From NCBI GenBank assembly GCA_016748015.1, contig JAAOMT010000128.1, positions 131,538-195,537 on the forward strand: a stretch of DNA of 64,000 nucleotides, read 5' to 3'. Shown in pieces: positions 1 to 12,300 of this stretch. Numbering within the stretch: position 1 is the stretch's first letter; every line of letters starts with the position of its first letter. Under the pieces are notes generated by a model. It ran no database searches and had not been told where the DNA came from. It worked only from the letters and a program-made list of their open reading frames with translations. The position numbers and the translations under genes are program-made. This DNA is from Geosiphon pyriformis uo1 (taxonomy: Eukaryota; Fungi; Glomeromycota).

Positions 1-3000
1 TATCATGTCATTTTTTTTGCTTTTCTTGTGACTTTTGGATGTTATCAGCTGCTTTTTATAGTCTGTTTTCTAGTGTTTTCATTAAGTCATATGTTCTTCT
101 CAACAATGTTTCTTGGAAATTATCTTCTGTTATTGGTTTAGTTGGATATGTATTGACCTCTATTTCAACTGGTAATGTTGTTGTTCTACCATATACCAAT
201 TCAAATGGTGTTGCTTGTGTAATATCTTGCTTCATTGTCTAATAAGCAAATAATACTGATGGTATAAACAAATCCCATTTATCCTGGTTTTCTTGGCTAA
301 TTTTGGCTATTGCTTCACACAGTATTCTGTTGAATCTTTCAACTAACCCATTTGTTTGTGGATGGTATGGTAATGATAGTGGTCTTTTTATTCTAAATCT
401 TTGGCTTAATTCTGTTAATGTTCTATTCACAAAGTAAGTTCTTTGATCCGATAATAATTTTTTTGGACATCCATATCAACAGATCAGATCTTGATGAATG
501 AATTTGGCAACAGATTTTGCATCTGCTTTTTGAATGGTTTTTGCTTCTGGCCATTTTGTAAGATAGTTTATAGCTACTGCAATATATCTGTTGTCTCTGC
601 TGGTGATTTTTAATGGTCCTACCAAGTCAATTCCAATATGATCGAATGGTTGTCCCATTTTGATTAGTTTTAATGGTTCACTGGGTTTTGTTTCACCTCT
701 TCTTTGACAAACATCACAACTTTAAATGTATTGAATAATGTCCGAATACATTGATGGCCAATAGTATTTTTTTTTAGTTCTTTCTATGGTTGTTTCTTTA
801 TGAAAATGTCCTGCTGTTGGATCTGAATGCATATTGAACAATATTGTTTTTTTCTTTGGTTCTGTGATTATTTTGGTTGGTTAATCTGAATTCTTTTTGT
901 TTTTCCAGTAAAGTATATTTTGGTGATTGATAAAATATTTTGATTGTTGTTTGATATTGTTTTGTTTCTTTTGAGATAATTTCTCCTTGAACAATTGGGT
1001 ATTTATATAATGTTGTAGTTGTTGGTATTTTTGGATATTCATTTTTTGTTATATTTTTGGGTTGAAATGTTTTAGACTTGTCTCATTTACGACAATCCAT
1101 TAGTATTTCTATTGTCTTTTCCCTTTTTATAATGTACTGTATAATTAAATAGTGAAAGTTTTATTTTCTATCTGGCATGGCAATTGTTTCCAAATTTTTG
1201 CTTCTGGATTGAAGTCAATTCTTTGTGATCCATATATATTTCAAACTTTTGGCTCAAGTATTCTTTCCATTTTATAACTGCCCAATAAATTGCTAAGTGT
1301 TCTAATGCTGGTGTTCTATAGTTTTTTTCAGCTGGACTCAAGCTTCTGTTAACATATACTACTGAATGTTCTCTTCCATCTGGTCTTTTTTGTGATAGTA
1401 CTGCTCCTAATGCTTAACCTGATGCATCAGTAGTAATGATAAATGGTTTGCTGTAATCTGGATACATCAACACCAGAGCTTGAATAAGCTTTCTTCTTAG
1501 TGTGTTGAATGCTTTTTGTTGAGCTTCTGTCCATTCATACTTTACATTCTTAGTTTGTAAATGATGGAGTGGCTGGGCCAGTTTAAAAAAGTTCCTAATA
1601 AAGTGGCAATAGTACTCTGTGAATCCCAAAAATGCTTTTAGTTTTGTAAGATTGTTTGGTACTGGAAAGTTCTTGACAACTTCAATCTTGTCTGGATCCA
1701 TTTTGATGTCATCTTTGCTCACAACATGTTCCAAGAATTTTAGTTCTGTTTTTCCAAAGAAGCATTTGTTGGCATTCAGTTTCAATTCTGCTTATTTGAG
1801 TTTTTCAAATACTTGTTGAAGATGGTAAAAATGATTATCAAATGTTTTTGAGAACACATTTGTGTCATCTAAGTAAACAACTACTGATTTTCACAGTAAT
1901 TCAGTGTAGACAATTTTCATAAGCCATTGGAATGTTGCTGGTGTATTTATCAAGCCAAATGGCATAACTTCAAATTCAAAATTCTTTTCTTATGTTGTAA
2001 AAGCTGTTTTCTCCTTATCTTTTGGCTTCATGGCTACTTGCCAGTAACCACTGTCCAAATCTAATGTTGAGAACCATTTCTTTCTGCCAAAAGCATCGAA
2101 TAATTCTTGGATCTTTGGAGTTGGATAGTTATCATCTTTAGTCACTCCATTCAGTTTTCAGTAGTCCACACAAAAATGGATTTTCTCATGCTTCTTATGG
2201 ATTAGTACTACTGGTGACAACTATGAACTCATTGATGGCTGAATTAGCCCATTGTCAAGCATCTGATTAATTTATTGACAAATAATCTCATGGCTAGCTG
2301 GTGGTACTCTGTATGCTTATTGTTTGATTGGCATTGCATCTCTGGTCTTAATTTAATGCTGGATTATGTCAGTTCTGCCAAATTCATTTTTGCTGGCAAA
2401 GATGTCATTGAAATTGTGGAGTAACATCTTAAGTTGCATATGTTGAAATGAGTCTAAGTTCCCTATGTTCATCTGTTCCAACTGTTCCGGTTGAAGCAGA
2501 TAACATTTTTCTCGTCTGTATATGGTTTGTAATGTAATATCCACATATTCGCATAGTTGTGGAAAATCTGGAATGATGTCTGGCCATTGGTCTTTAATTT
2601 CGGTAGTTAAATAACCAATGATGGTTCCTTTTGGTATCTCTACAATATTTCCAGTGTTGTTGTAGATAGGAATTTTGATGTGATTATAGTTCTTGACTGG
2701 TATGTGAAGATTGGTAAGTCCAATCTCTTCTGATTTACACAGTGTTACTTCTGCCTCAAAAATTTGACTCTGATTTTTTACTTTCCTTTCTATAATTATC
2801 ATGTACTGGTCATATGGTGGAATGGAAATTGTTTGATGGGTGGAGATAATTTCTCTCTTGTCAATAATTTTTTTCTTTGCCATATTAACTGGTACATCTA
2901 TTTTACCCATTGATCTGAATTTTTGTATTTTTCTTGTTATTATCCCTAATTTTTTCTTATTTTCCACTAACACTAACTGAGCTATTTTCACCAGAAGCAG

Positions 3001-6000
3001 GAATATTGCCTATGCTATCTTTTCATTTGGCTCTATGATATAGGCCTTTTCTGAGTTATTTTGTAACATAGCAATAATATTTTCTACATACCCTGCATCA
3101 ATTATTCTTCCTCTGATGTTGATTCCCTTTTTTGCTAAACTATTTCTAAATGCTAATTGAACCATAGTGGTTACTGAAATTTCCAGTGTTATTTTAAGAT
3201 CAATACAGGTGTGCAAATATGGTTCCAATTTGATGAGATTCTTTCTTAGATATTTCAGATTAAACTCTGTATTAGTATCATGTGTGTGTTTTGGCATAAT
3301 ATCTTCATTATTATCACTGAACCATTTGAGTTTTTGTTCTTTAGTGAGATCAGGGAGTGCAATGTATGTTTCAGGGTTTGAATCAAAGTTCAAATTATTG
3401 TTATCTTCATTGCCATATTGAGTAGAACTGGAACCATTATTTTTGTTGTCATTATTGTCAGAGTTTGAATTGGAATTAAAAGTTGATTCTGATTTGGATG
3501 TGCAGCTGCTGATTGGTTCCTCCTTTGGAATTGTGTAGATCATGCATAGTGGTGGATTGTAAATGAAATCACACTCATTACAATATTGAAAGTCACATGG
3601 GATTAAACAATGGTCACATAGTCGGGTGTTTATTTGGACTAAATGCTGTTCTTGTTTCCCTCTTGTTGGTGCCAAATTTTGGTAATGTTCATAAAATTTT
3701 TCTGGGCCTGCTTTCAGATTCAGAAAAGCATCTGGGTTAGAAATCAGAACAATGTTAACTGTCTTTGGAGAGTTGTTCTTAATTTCCAATATTTTGCTAG
3801 GCATAGCACCTTCTACTTTGGTGTTTGCCATCTGCCAAATCTTGTTTTCATCATGTGGGTAACTATCCAAGCAAAATATTGCATGGTGCCAAGTGACAGT
3901 TATTGGTGTACCACAACTCACCTAATCACTAATGAGGATCATATATTGGCATGAAGCATCACACATTCTTCCTCATCCAGGAATGTTGTTCCACATTTTT
4001 TTGTCTAATAGTTGTTTGCCACAAGCAAGACATGGTTCATTGTCTTACTTGCCTTGTTTTTTTGGATAGCCATAGCATTTGCAGTGGCAAGACTTGCAAT
4101 AATAGTGGGTTTATATTCAGTAATCTTTATCTGATGCAACCCAAGCTCCCATAGAAGAAAGTTTCTTCTCACAGTCCTTGTATTTGAGAGGTATATATGA
4201 TGGCTCCTTGATCAGTTCCTGTGAGTATTCTCTTTCCCAACCACTAGTTATTTCTTCTGTGGTGATGGTTCCTTTGGTTATATCTTCTTCTTTCTTTTTT
4301 CCTTTTCCTTTGTCGGTTTCTTCCCATTCCCAGATTGGTAGTTTGTTTAAGTTGTTGTTGGTTTCTCAGTTTTGGTTGGAATTCCAGGTAAGTTCTTCCT
4401 TCTGCTTTCCTTTGTTGTTGTCATCCCAAGAGAGTATCAGCAGCAACTCATTGTGGTTTTCATCAGTCCAGAATACTTGATAGGCTTCCCAGGTAGGTTT
4501 TTTTTCTTCTTTTTCGAACTCAATAAGAGGTGCTGGTGTGTTGGTCGGCTTGAAGTGGCCACATATGGCTAGTACATGTGTGTGTTAACCATTTTGGCTA
4601 AGTTGGAGTTCCTGTATTGTCCAGTCCAGTATGGCATTGGTTTTAGATAACCAGTCATTTCCTACTAATGCCTGATATTGAATTGCTTCTATTACTAGAA
4701 CTTTAATGAGAATGATGATACCATTGACTTCAAAAGGGAAGTTATCAATTTCACCAATAGGGGTTTTGGTTGCTCTATCAGCAGTAATTATGTGCACACT
4801 GGCAGTGCAATCAACTCTGCAACCTAATTGGTTTATGAGTTGTCATGTGATGATGCTACCAGCTGATCCACTATCTAAGATCAGTTTGATGGTGTGGCCA
4901 TCAACTTTTGCATCAGTGTACATGGCAGTGATTTGTTTGGTATCAAGAGTGGCTCCACTAAATAATAGAACTGGTGTGGTTTCCTCGAGTTCGAACAGAA
5001 AGATTGCTGTTAGTAATTCATCGTTGGTAATAGTAGCTGGAAATATATTGTTGATAAGTGATTGTTTTTTTTGGTTGGTTTCCAAGTTGTTAGATGAGGC
5101 ATCTTCTGAGGTAACTAGAAGACTTAAATAGTGTTGAACATTTGGGTTTTGGGAGTTTCCAGTGCCCAAATTCCATTGTCGAGATCCTGATAGTTGTGCC
5201 ATGGAATTGGGAATCAGTTGATGGACCACCATTGACGATTTCTAGCTCTGTTGAGTAAATCTTAGTCTTTGGATTCCATTTTGAGGTAAGTTTTATGGTG
5301 GTGTTTGAATTTGTTGGGATTGATAAATTACCTGAGGCTGCAGCTAATAAATGAGTTGAGGCTGTGGTTGATAACTGACAGGTATTGTTGGCTGATAAAT
5401 TGGTGGTTGATAGATTGGCTGTTGTATCATAGATAGGTAATTCAGTTGATATAATTTTGGTAATTGATTATTGATGTAATTCTAAGTTTGTAGTCAGTAA
5501 TCAGAGTTTTAATACTGTTGGTCTGATCTTTGTTTATTTAGCCATTTATGACATTCAAACTGTAAATGTTTTTGTTTACCATAATAGTAGCAAGCATGCA
5601 TCTCCTGCTGCTACTGTTGATTGGTTAAGGATGTTGGACACAACTGATTCTGGAAATTATTCACATTTCCAGAATTATTGTCAGCTAAGTATCCCTCTAA
5701 TTTCTGATTGATGGAATCACTAAATTGTTTCAATTTGGAATCCAATTCAGATGATCCATTCATCACTAGATTTATGGCTTGGGCATGGTTAGCTTCAAAT
5801 TCAGCTGCTTCAAAATCTCTGGCATTGGTAACTGTAGCTTAAAGATCTGCTGGATACATTGGACATACGTGTTGAAGGATGCTACTGCACAGACCTCTAA
5901 TAAATTGATTTAAAATTTGTGGCGCTATAAAATAGTCAGTCTGGATTGCTTGAATTTAGCACAAATTCTTATGGAAACATCCTAGATAAGTGGTGACTGC

Positions 6001-7300
6001 TTCATTTTCTTTTTGTTTGATAGTGGTGAAAGTGTTTGCTAGCTAATTAATACTATTATTATTGCTGAAGTATTGTAAGAATGCAAGCTTGAATGCATTA
6101 AAATTTTGGGGTTTATTAACCAAGTTTTGATACCATGAATTGGCAGTATCTTGAAGAAAATAAGGAATGGCTTGGAAAGCTCTTACATCATTCCATCCAT
6201 TGGCCATAATGGCTTTTTCAATATCATTAAGTCATATTTGAGCATTGTTTTCTTTGCCTGTGAATTTCTCTAGTTTTGCTATTGGAACATAGACCATTGG
6301 ATTTAAGTTCAGTTGTTGTTATTGTGGTGGTTGCAGTTGTTATTGTGTCTGTTGAAGTGGCTGTTGGAGTTGTTAAAGCAGTGGTTGAATAAGTTGCTGA
6401 AGAGACAGCTGTGAAATTGGTTCAAGTATCAGTCCAATTGGTGGCTGGTCAATGACAATTACTGGAGATAAGTTTTGCTGATTAATTGCTTCGGAGTTTG
6501 GATTGTTTTGAGTTTGCTGGGTTTTAATATTTGGAGTTTCCACTTCTGGATTTTCTAAGATCGGGTTCTGGTAAGTAAATTCTTGATCTTTGGCTTCTTT
6601 TTCTTCCTTTTTTTCTGATTCTATTATCTCCCAGGGACTTGCATTTCCGAAATCTGGTTGGGGTGGCAGTGATCAGAATCCTGATGGCATTGGGGATTAT
6701 GATTTAAATCCCTCAAAATAGTCATCATAAGTTCCTAGTAACTCTGCTTTTTTTTGTTTACTTTGAAACAGGAGTTGTTCAAATATTAATATTGCATGTG
6801 ATGTGGACGTGCCTATTAATAAAATGTTGATGGCACTTTCTGGTGTGTAATGGTATGATGAATTGGTTGGTAATTCAACTCTGGTTTTTTTCCAAGTAGG
6901 TGGTTGTATTTTTTTTGGTGTTACTGCTGGTGTTTACAATCTTCCTTTGCCTTTGTCTGCATAGGTAATGGGAAATTGTTGTTGTGTATATCTTTCAATG
7001 GTTTGATTAATTTCTCTGATGATTGGTATAAAACTGTAGTTTCTTGGTAAGCTGGTATGTTAAAATAATTCTGTATAGAAATTTTCTCTTGCAAATTCAA
7101 TGTTAACTGTTCCTTTTAAGCAGTCTATGAATTTATCATTGATGTAGAAGTTAAAGGCAAATTTTGCTGGGAAGTGGTTATTGTTTAGTCTTAATTGTTG
7201 GTTGTATTGTTGAAACAAGGATTTGGTAAATCTTAGATGGTTTGCTTCTATGTTTTCTAATTCTGCCACTTTTGGGTAATTGCTGTTGGTGCTGGTTCTC
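1..7300 (-). pseudogene. gag-pol of element A, many in-frame stops
   Basis: ORF fragments 239-430 and 476-658 (IN), 1414-1785 (RT/RH), 2353-2991 and 3010-3921 (dUTPase region), 4585-5232 (PR), 7060-7269 (gag N-term). Confidence 0.92.
2900..3300 (-). pseudogene. dUTPase domain inside pol of element A
   Basis: Degenerate motifs 1-5: TEFNL, RNSLAKKG, IIDAGYVE, KIA*/AQ, RKIQKFRSMG (compare RGxxGFGSTG). Confidence 0.85.
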
Positions 7301-7313
7301 TGTAAGATTATAT

Positions 7314-7329
7314 CTCACAGGGAGCACCA
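7314..7329 (-). promoter_or_regulatory. Primer-binding site of A (TGGTGCTCCCTGTGAG), probably elongator tRNA-Met
   Basis: Lies 2 nt inside the LTR end. Its complement CTCACAGGGAGCACCA resembles eukaryotic elongator tRNA-Met 3' ends. Confidence 0.8.
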
Positions 7330-7331
7330 AA

Positions 7332-7925
7332 TGTTACAGATAATTATTTGGAGTCTCAAATCAAATAACAAATCTGTAATTTGGTGCTCAATATCTTAAT
7401 AATGTTGGTAATACTGGTATGTGTGTGATATCTGAAGGTTTTAGAGTTGAGTCCTTTGTATAATAGACAGAGATTCAATTGTTGTCTTTCCAGTAGCCTT
7501 CCAGAATCGCAATTCCATCAAATTTTTTTCTCAGCATAGTGGCTGGTAATCTGGCAAAAATGCTCTTCTGGTAAGCTATCTGTTAATATATATAAATCCT
7601 ATACCCTTCTTTTGGGGTCTTTTACCAGACTATTCTTGACATCAATAACTCAGTGCTTAATCCTCAATCAATTAGTAAAACAAAGAAAAATAAAAGAAAA
7701 TAAAAGAAAATAAACAAAAGTAATTGCAAGTTAGTATTCCATCAATAGCCGTGATCAAGAGCTATTGTTCCAGCATGGTTAAATATTAATTACTATTAAC
7801 ATGTAGTGTTGATAGTGGAGAGTGGATTAAGATAACAAATAATTATTTATTGATATTTGTGAATTGGAAGGTTGCTTAGATAAAATCTAAACTGAGAGGT
7901 CTGTCTTTTCTACTTCTAATGCTAC
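7332..7925 (-). repeat. 5' LTR of A, R/U5 portion
   Basis: Reverse complement aligns with 38810-39409 of the element C LTR. Confidence 0.9.
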
Positions 7926-8600
7926 TGTTACAGGTTGGAGTAACAAGTTAATGGATAGCAAGGGAGAACAGAATTGTAGAGTGATGGAAATAATCAAAGG
8001 GAATTCAACTTAAATGAGCATATTGAATGAATATGAATTCAATGTGCGAGATCAGTCTTATAAAATATCTCAGTCACTATTTTTTTTAAAAGATAACAAG
8101 AAAATCTAAAGGTAGAGGAATAGTCTGTACTGTCAACAATTGATAACCATTGGTATAATTCTATGCCTCACATTGGCACTCTTAAAATTCAATATCAGGT
8201 ATCAACTTGTGCTTTTTAATCATGTTTATTCAAATAATCTTCAAATACTGTAATTATACGTTTCAGAAAAGTGTTAACAAGTAATCTTTTATTCAAAAAA
8301 TGTTCAGATACTTGAAGGTAGGGAAAGAGAAATTAGCAATAAGAGAATGTTTGAGATGGAAGTTTGTTATTTTATTTTTTTGATTGTCTTGATTCCTTAC
8401 ATTGATATTTTTCTATAATTAAAAGACTTATCACTTATATATCTATTAAAAGTGATCAACAACCAGATCAATGATCAGGTCAACGGTCAAGTTATTGATC
8501 AGGTCAATGATTACTATTTAAAAATAGGGTGGCTAATTATATGACATCAGTGGCTAATACATGTGATAACTAATAAAAACTATGAATTTCAATCATAACA
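7926..8600 (-). repeat. 3' LTR of element B
   Basis: TGTTA...TAACA ends; about 89% identical to 14917-15591; about five 12-bp GATCAGGTCAAC-type units near 8453-8512; PPT GGAGAGGATAA adjacent. Confidence 0.95.
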
Positions 8601-9215
8601 TTATCCTCTCCAAAGAGATTGAGCTCTGGCGAAATCAAACTATTTAGGAGATACTCTATTTGAAGGGTTTTATCTAATTCAAAACTAACTAGTTTGTTGA
8701 AGTCTTTTGTGGATAAGGTATATAAAACTTGAGGCAAAATGAGCTTTGTGTTCAAGAGACCAAATCTTTGTATAAGAGTTTTGGCTCTTCTTGCAATAGT
8801 CAAAACTTTTGGGACATCTAATCGTACAATGTCCAAAATTTCCACTTGTATCTCAGAAGTTGTTTTCTTTATGAGCTTTATGTCTTCTATGATTTCACCA
8901 AAGCGACCATAGAGTTCTAGTTGTTTTTCATATGACAAGTTTTTGTCTATGGGCAAGATTTCTTTAATTGTTTTTCCAATTGTGATGGAAGGTGCAAGTA
9001 TTGCTGCTGTTATACTTTCTAGCAAATACTTATCTATTTTGCTACCAATTCTTTCTCTTCTGGTAGTTGTTTTCTTTGGTCTAATAACAGTATGTGTTCC
9101 ACTGTTGTCAGTTATTGTAGTTTGTTTTCCAATAGTCAGAGTAGCATTTGAATAGTTTTTAATAAAGAGTATAGAAAGCGTTTTGAATGTTTTGATTCAG
9201 AAAATAATTGTTCAT
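8570..9215 (-). pseudogene. ORF3 of element B (unknown ~215-aa protein between IN and 3' LTR; one probable frameshift near the 5' end)
   Basis: 151-aa open frame 8570-9025 extends upstream. ATG at 9215, TATAAATA about 45 nt upstream. Resembles ORF3 of element C. Confidence 0.7.
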
Positions 9216-9319
9216 GTTAATTAAAGATACCTCTGTTTTGGGAGTGGTGCATTTATTTATATCTGATTTTTTTTTATCATTTGGGTTGGTATTACCACAA
9301 CAGATAACCAATCAGATCA

Positions 9320-12300
9320 TTTGTGATATTTCTTGAGTCATGTGCCATAAATAGGATGATTATTAAAGATTGTTCCAGATTGATCTTGAAGAATATAAGA
9401 ACCATTGTTCAGAACTTTGTTGACTATAAAAGATCCTTTCCATTGGCTAGAGAATTTATCACCATAGACATTGTTTTTGTCTGAACAATATTCCAAAACC
9501 AAATCACCAATACTTAGGGAAAGTGTTTTATAAGTTTTCTTTTTCTTAAGCTTCTCTTGGAACTGTTTTATCTTTTCAAAGGCAATTATCCGTGCCTCTA
9601 CCAATGAGTCAAGAATGGTACCAAGTCTTTTTTGCAAATGTCTTTGTAATTCCCTATTGTAATTTTTTCAAAGGGTATTGTCTCAATATTAGTTTCTATT
9701 GGTAGTATTGCCATTCATCCATAGAGCAGGTAAAAGGATTCATAACTTGTTATGTCATGATTCACAGTTCTATAAGCAAACAAAGCTGAAGACAGTACTT
9801 TGTCCCATAAGTTTGTTTCTTTACTTGTTTTGGCTAAGGTTTCACACAGTGTTTTATTAAAACGTTTCACTAGGTTATTTGTTTGAGGATAATAAGAAAA
9901 GAAAAGTTTGTAATGTATTCCCATTTTTCTACAAAGTTCTTCAACCAGTGTACTGAGAAAAGCTCTTCCTCTATCAGATAAAAGTTCTTTGAGGCAGCCA
10001 TGGTGACAAATGATATCTTCATAAATGAAATTAGCAATGGAAACTGCTGTTTAATCTGGGGTGGCTCTTGCTTCTACCCACTTTGTAAGATAGTCAGTAG
10101 CTGTAATAATGTATCTGTTGCCATTAGGAGTTACTATTAATGGTCCAACAACATCTATACCAATTCTGTCAAAGGATTGGCCAACAGAAATTGGATGAAT
10201 GTCTTCTTTGCAATTGGGTTTTTTTCTTCTTTGACAGGTATCACAGGTTTTGATGTACTCAGCAATGTCTTTTTCCAAGATAGGCCAATAATAGCAAGCT
10301 AGAGTTTTCTGAATTGTTTTTGTTTTTCCAAAATGTCAAGCTAATGGATTAGTGTGCATGTTGTAGATCACAATTTCTCTTTTTTTAAATCTTATGACTC
10401 TCTGGGGGTGGTCAGGATCTTTTCTATTTCTTTTATATAATTGGTTCTGGTGGATCAAATAAAAATTTGATTGTTTGTGCAAATGTTCTCTTTGCTGTCA
10501 AGTGTATTCTGGTGAATATTGTTCTTTACCCAAAAATTCTATTAAGGCAGAGTAGTTGTCCAAGTCCATTATTATGTTTGGTTATAAGAGAATTACTAAT
10601 AATTAGGTTGGTTTGGTTTGGGAAGTTGTACTGTCACTTGGTGGTAAGTCTGGAGAAAGCATCGGCATTTTGATGATTAGCTTCTTTATGGTGTTGAATA
10701 TCATAGTCAAATTCATCCAAGTAGAGTATCCAGTGGGCTATCTGTTTATGTTCTAGCCTTTTCTTGTTGTACAGCCAAACCAAAACTTGGTGATCTGTTA
10801 TCACCAAAAACCTCACACTAAGGAGATACTTATTCCAGTAGCTGGTAGCCCAAACTACTGCTAAGCATTCCTGCTCAGTGACTGAATAGTTCTTTTCTGC
10901 TGGTGTAAGGGTTCTACTAGCATAGGCTATTGTATGTTCCCTGCCATCTTCATCTTTTTATAAGAGAACAGCACCAAGCCTATAGCCAGATGTATCAGTG
11001 TGAAGGATGAAAGGTTAATCCAGATCAGATTGCTTAAGAATAGGTTTTGTAACCAATTTTTCTTTGAGAGTTTCAAATGCTTTCTGCTGATGTGTGCTCC
11101 AATAATAGTTGACATTTTTCTTAAGTAGCTGATTGAGTGGAGAGGCAATTTTGGAGAAATCCTTAACAAATTTGCAATAATAGGAGGCCAAACTAAGGAA
11201 AGAATGTAACTCATGAACATTTATTGGTTGTCTTATGTTCTGAACTTTTTTCACTTTGGCTGGATCAAGAAAGATTCCATTTTTTGTAATAAGATGGCCA
11301 AGGAATTGGGTGGATTGTCATCCAAAAAAAGATTTGATTGGGTTGATCTTGAGACTTGTATTTCTGAGAAGATCAAAAACCTTTTGCAAATGTTCAAGGT
11401 GTTCATTCCAGGTTTTTGAGTACACCATTATATCGTCCAGATAAACCAGAACAAAGTTTTCTTTCACTAATTCAAATACTTTATCCATTAAGTGTTGAAA
11501 AGTAGGAGAGGCATTGGTGAGACCAAAAGGCATGACTGTGAATTCATAGGTGCTATACTTGGTGATGAAGACAGTTTTCTTCCAGCTTTCTGGATCCATC
11601 TCTACTTGCCAGAATCCAGCAGTTAGATCAATGGTTGAAAAGAAAGCAGTATTTTTGAATTGGTCCAGCATTGCATTAATCTTGGGAAGTGGGTACATGT
11701 CTCTTTTAGGGATAGTATTTAATTGGCGGTAGTCAACACAGAAGCATAAGGTTCCACCTTTCTTGAATACCACTACAACTGGGAAAGCCCATTCACTCTT
11801 GGTTTCTTGTATAAATTCAAGATTTTTCATTTGTTTTATTTCTTTTTTGATGAATTTATCATTGTGGCAATTGGATTAATATGGCTTTAGATGAATGAAG
11901 CGAGTTTCTCTGGTGGTAATGATGTGTTGTATCACATGAGTTCGTCCAGGGGTATCACCTTTTTTTGAGATAACTGGGCTGTTTCTAGCCAGCAGATTTT
12001 CAATGTCTATTTTTCTTTCTTCTGGAAAAGATTCTCTTTGTTCTACAACTAGTGATTGGATCTCAGGTGGTTCATTTTCAAAAGACTTTTGGACTTCTTT
12101 CAATTCTTCTCTAGGTATCAAATTGATTGGTTCCCAATCTTTGTAATAGATCAGGCATGATTTGCATTCATCACTTGGAGAATACAAGGATTGGTTGCAC
12201 CAACACTGAGCACAAGAACCATGCCACCAATAACAGTACTTGGCTTTCTTGCCAGGCTTTTGGTCAAAGATTCTTCTAAGGATATCATAGTAGGGCCTGC

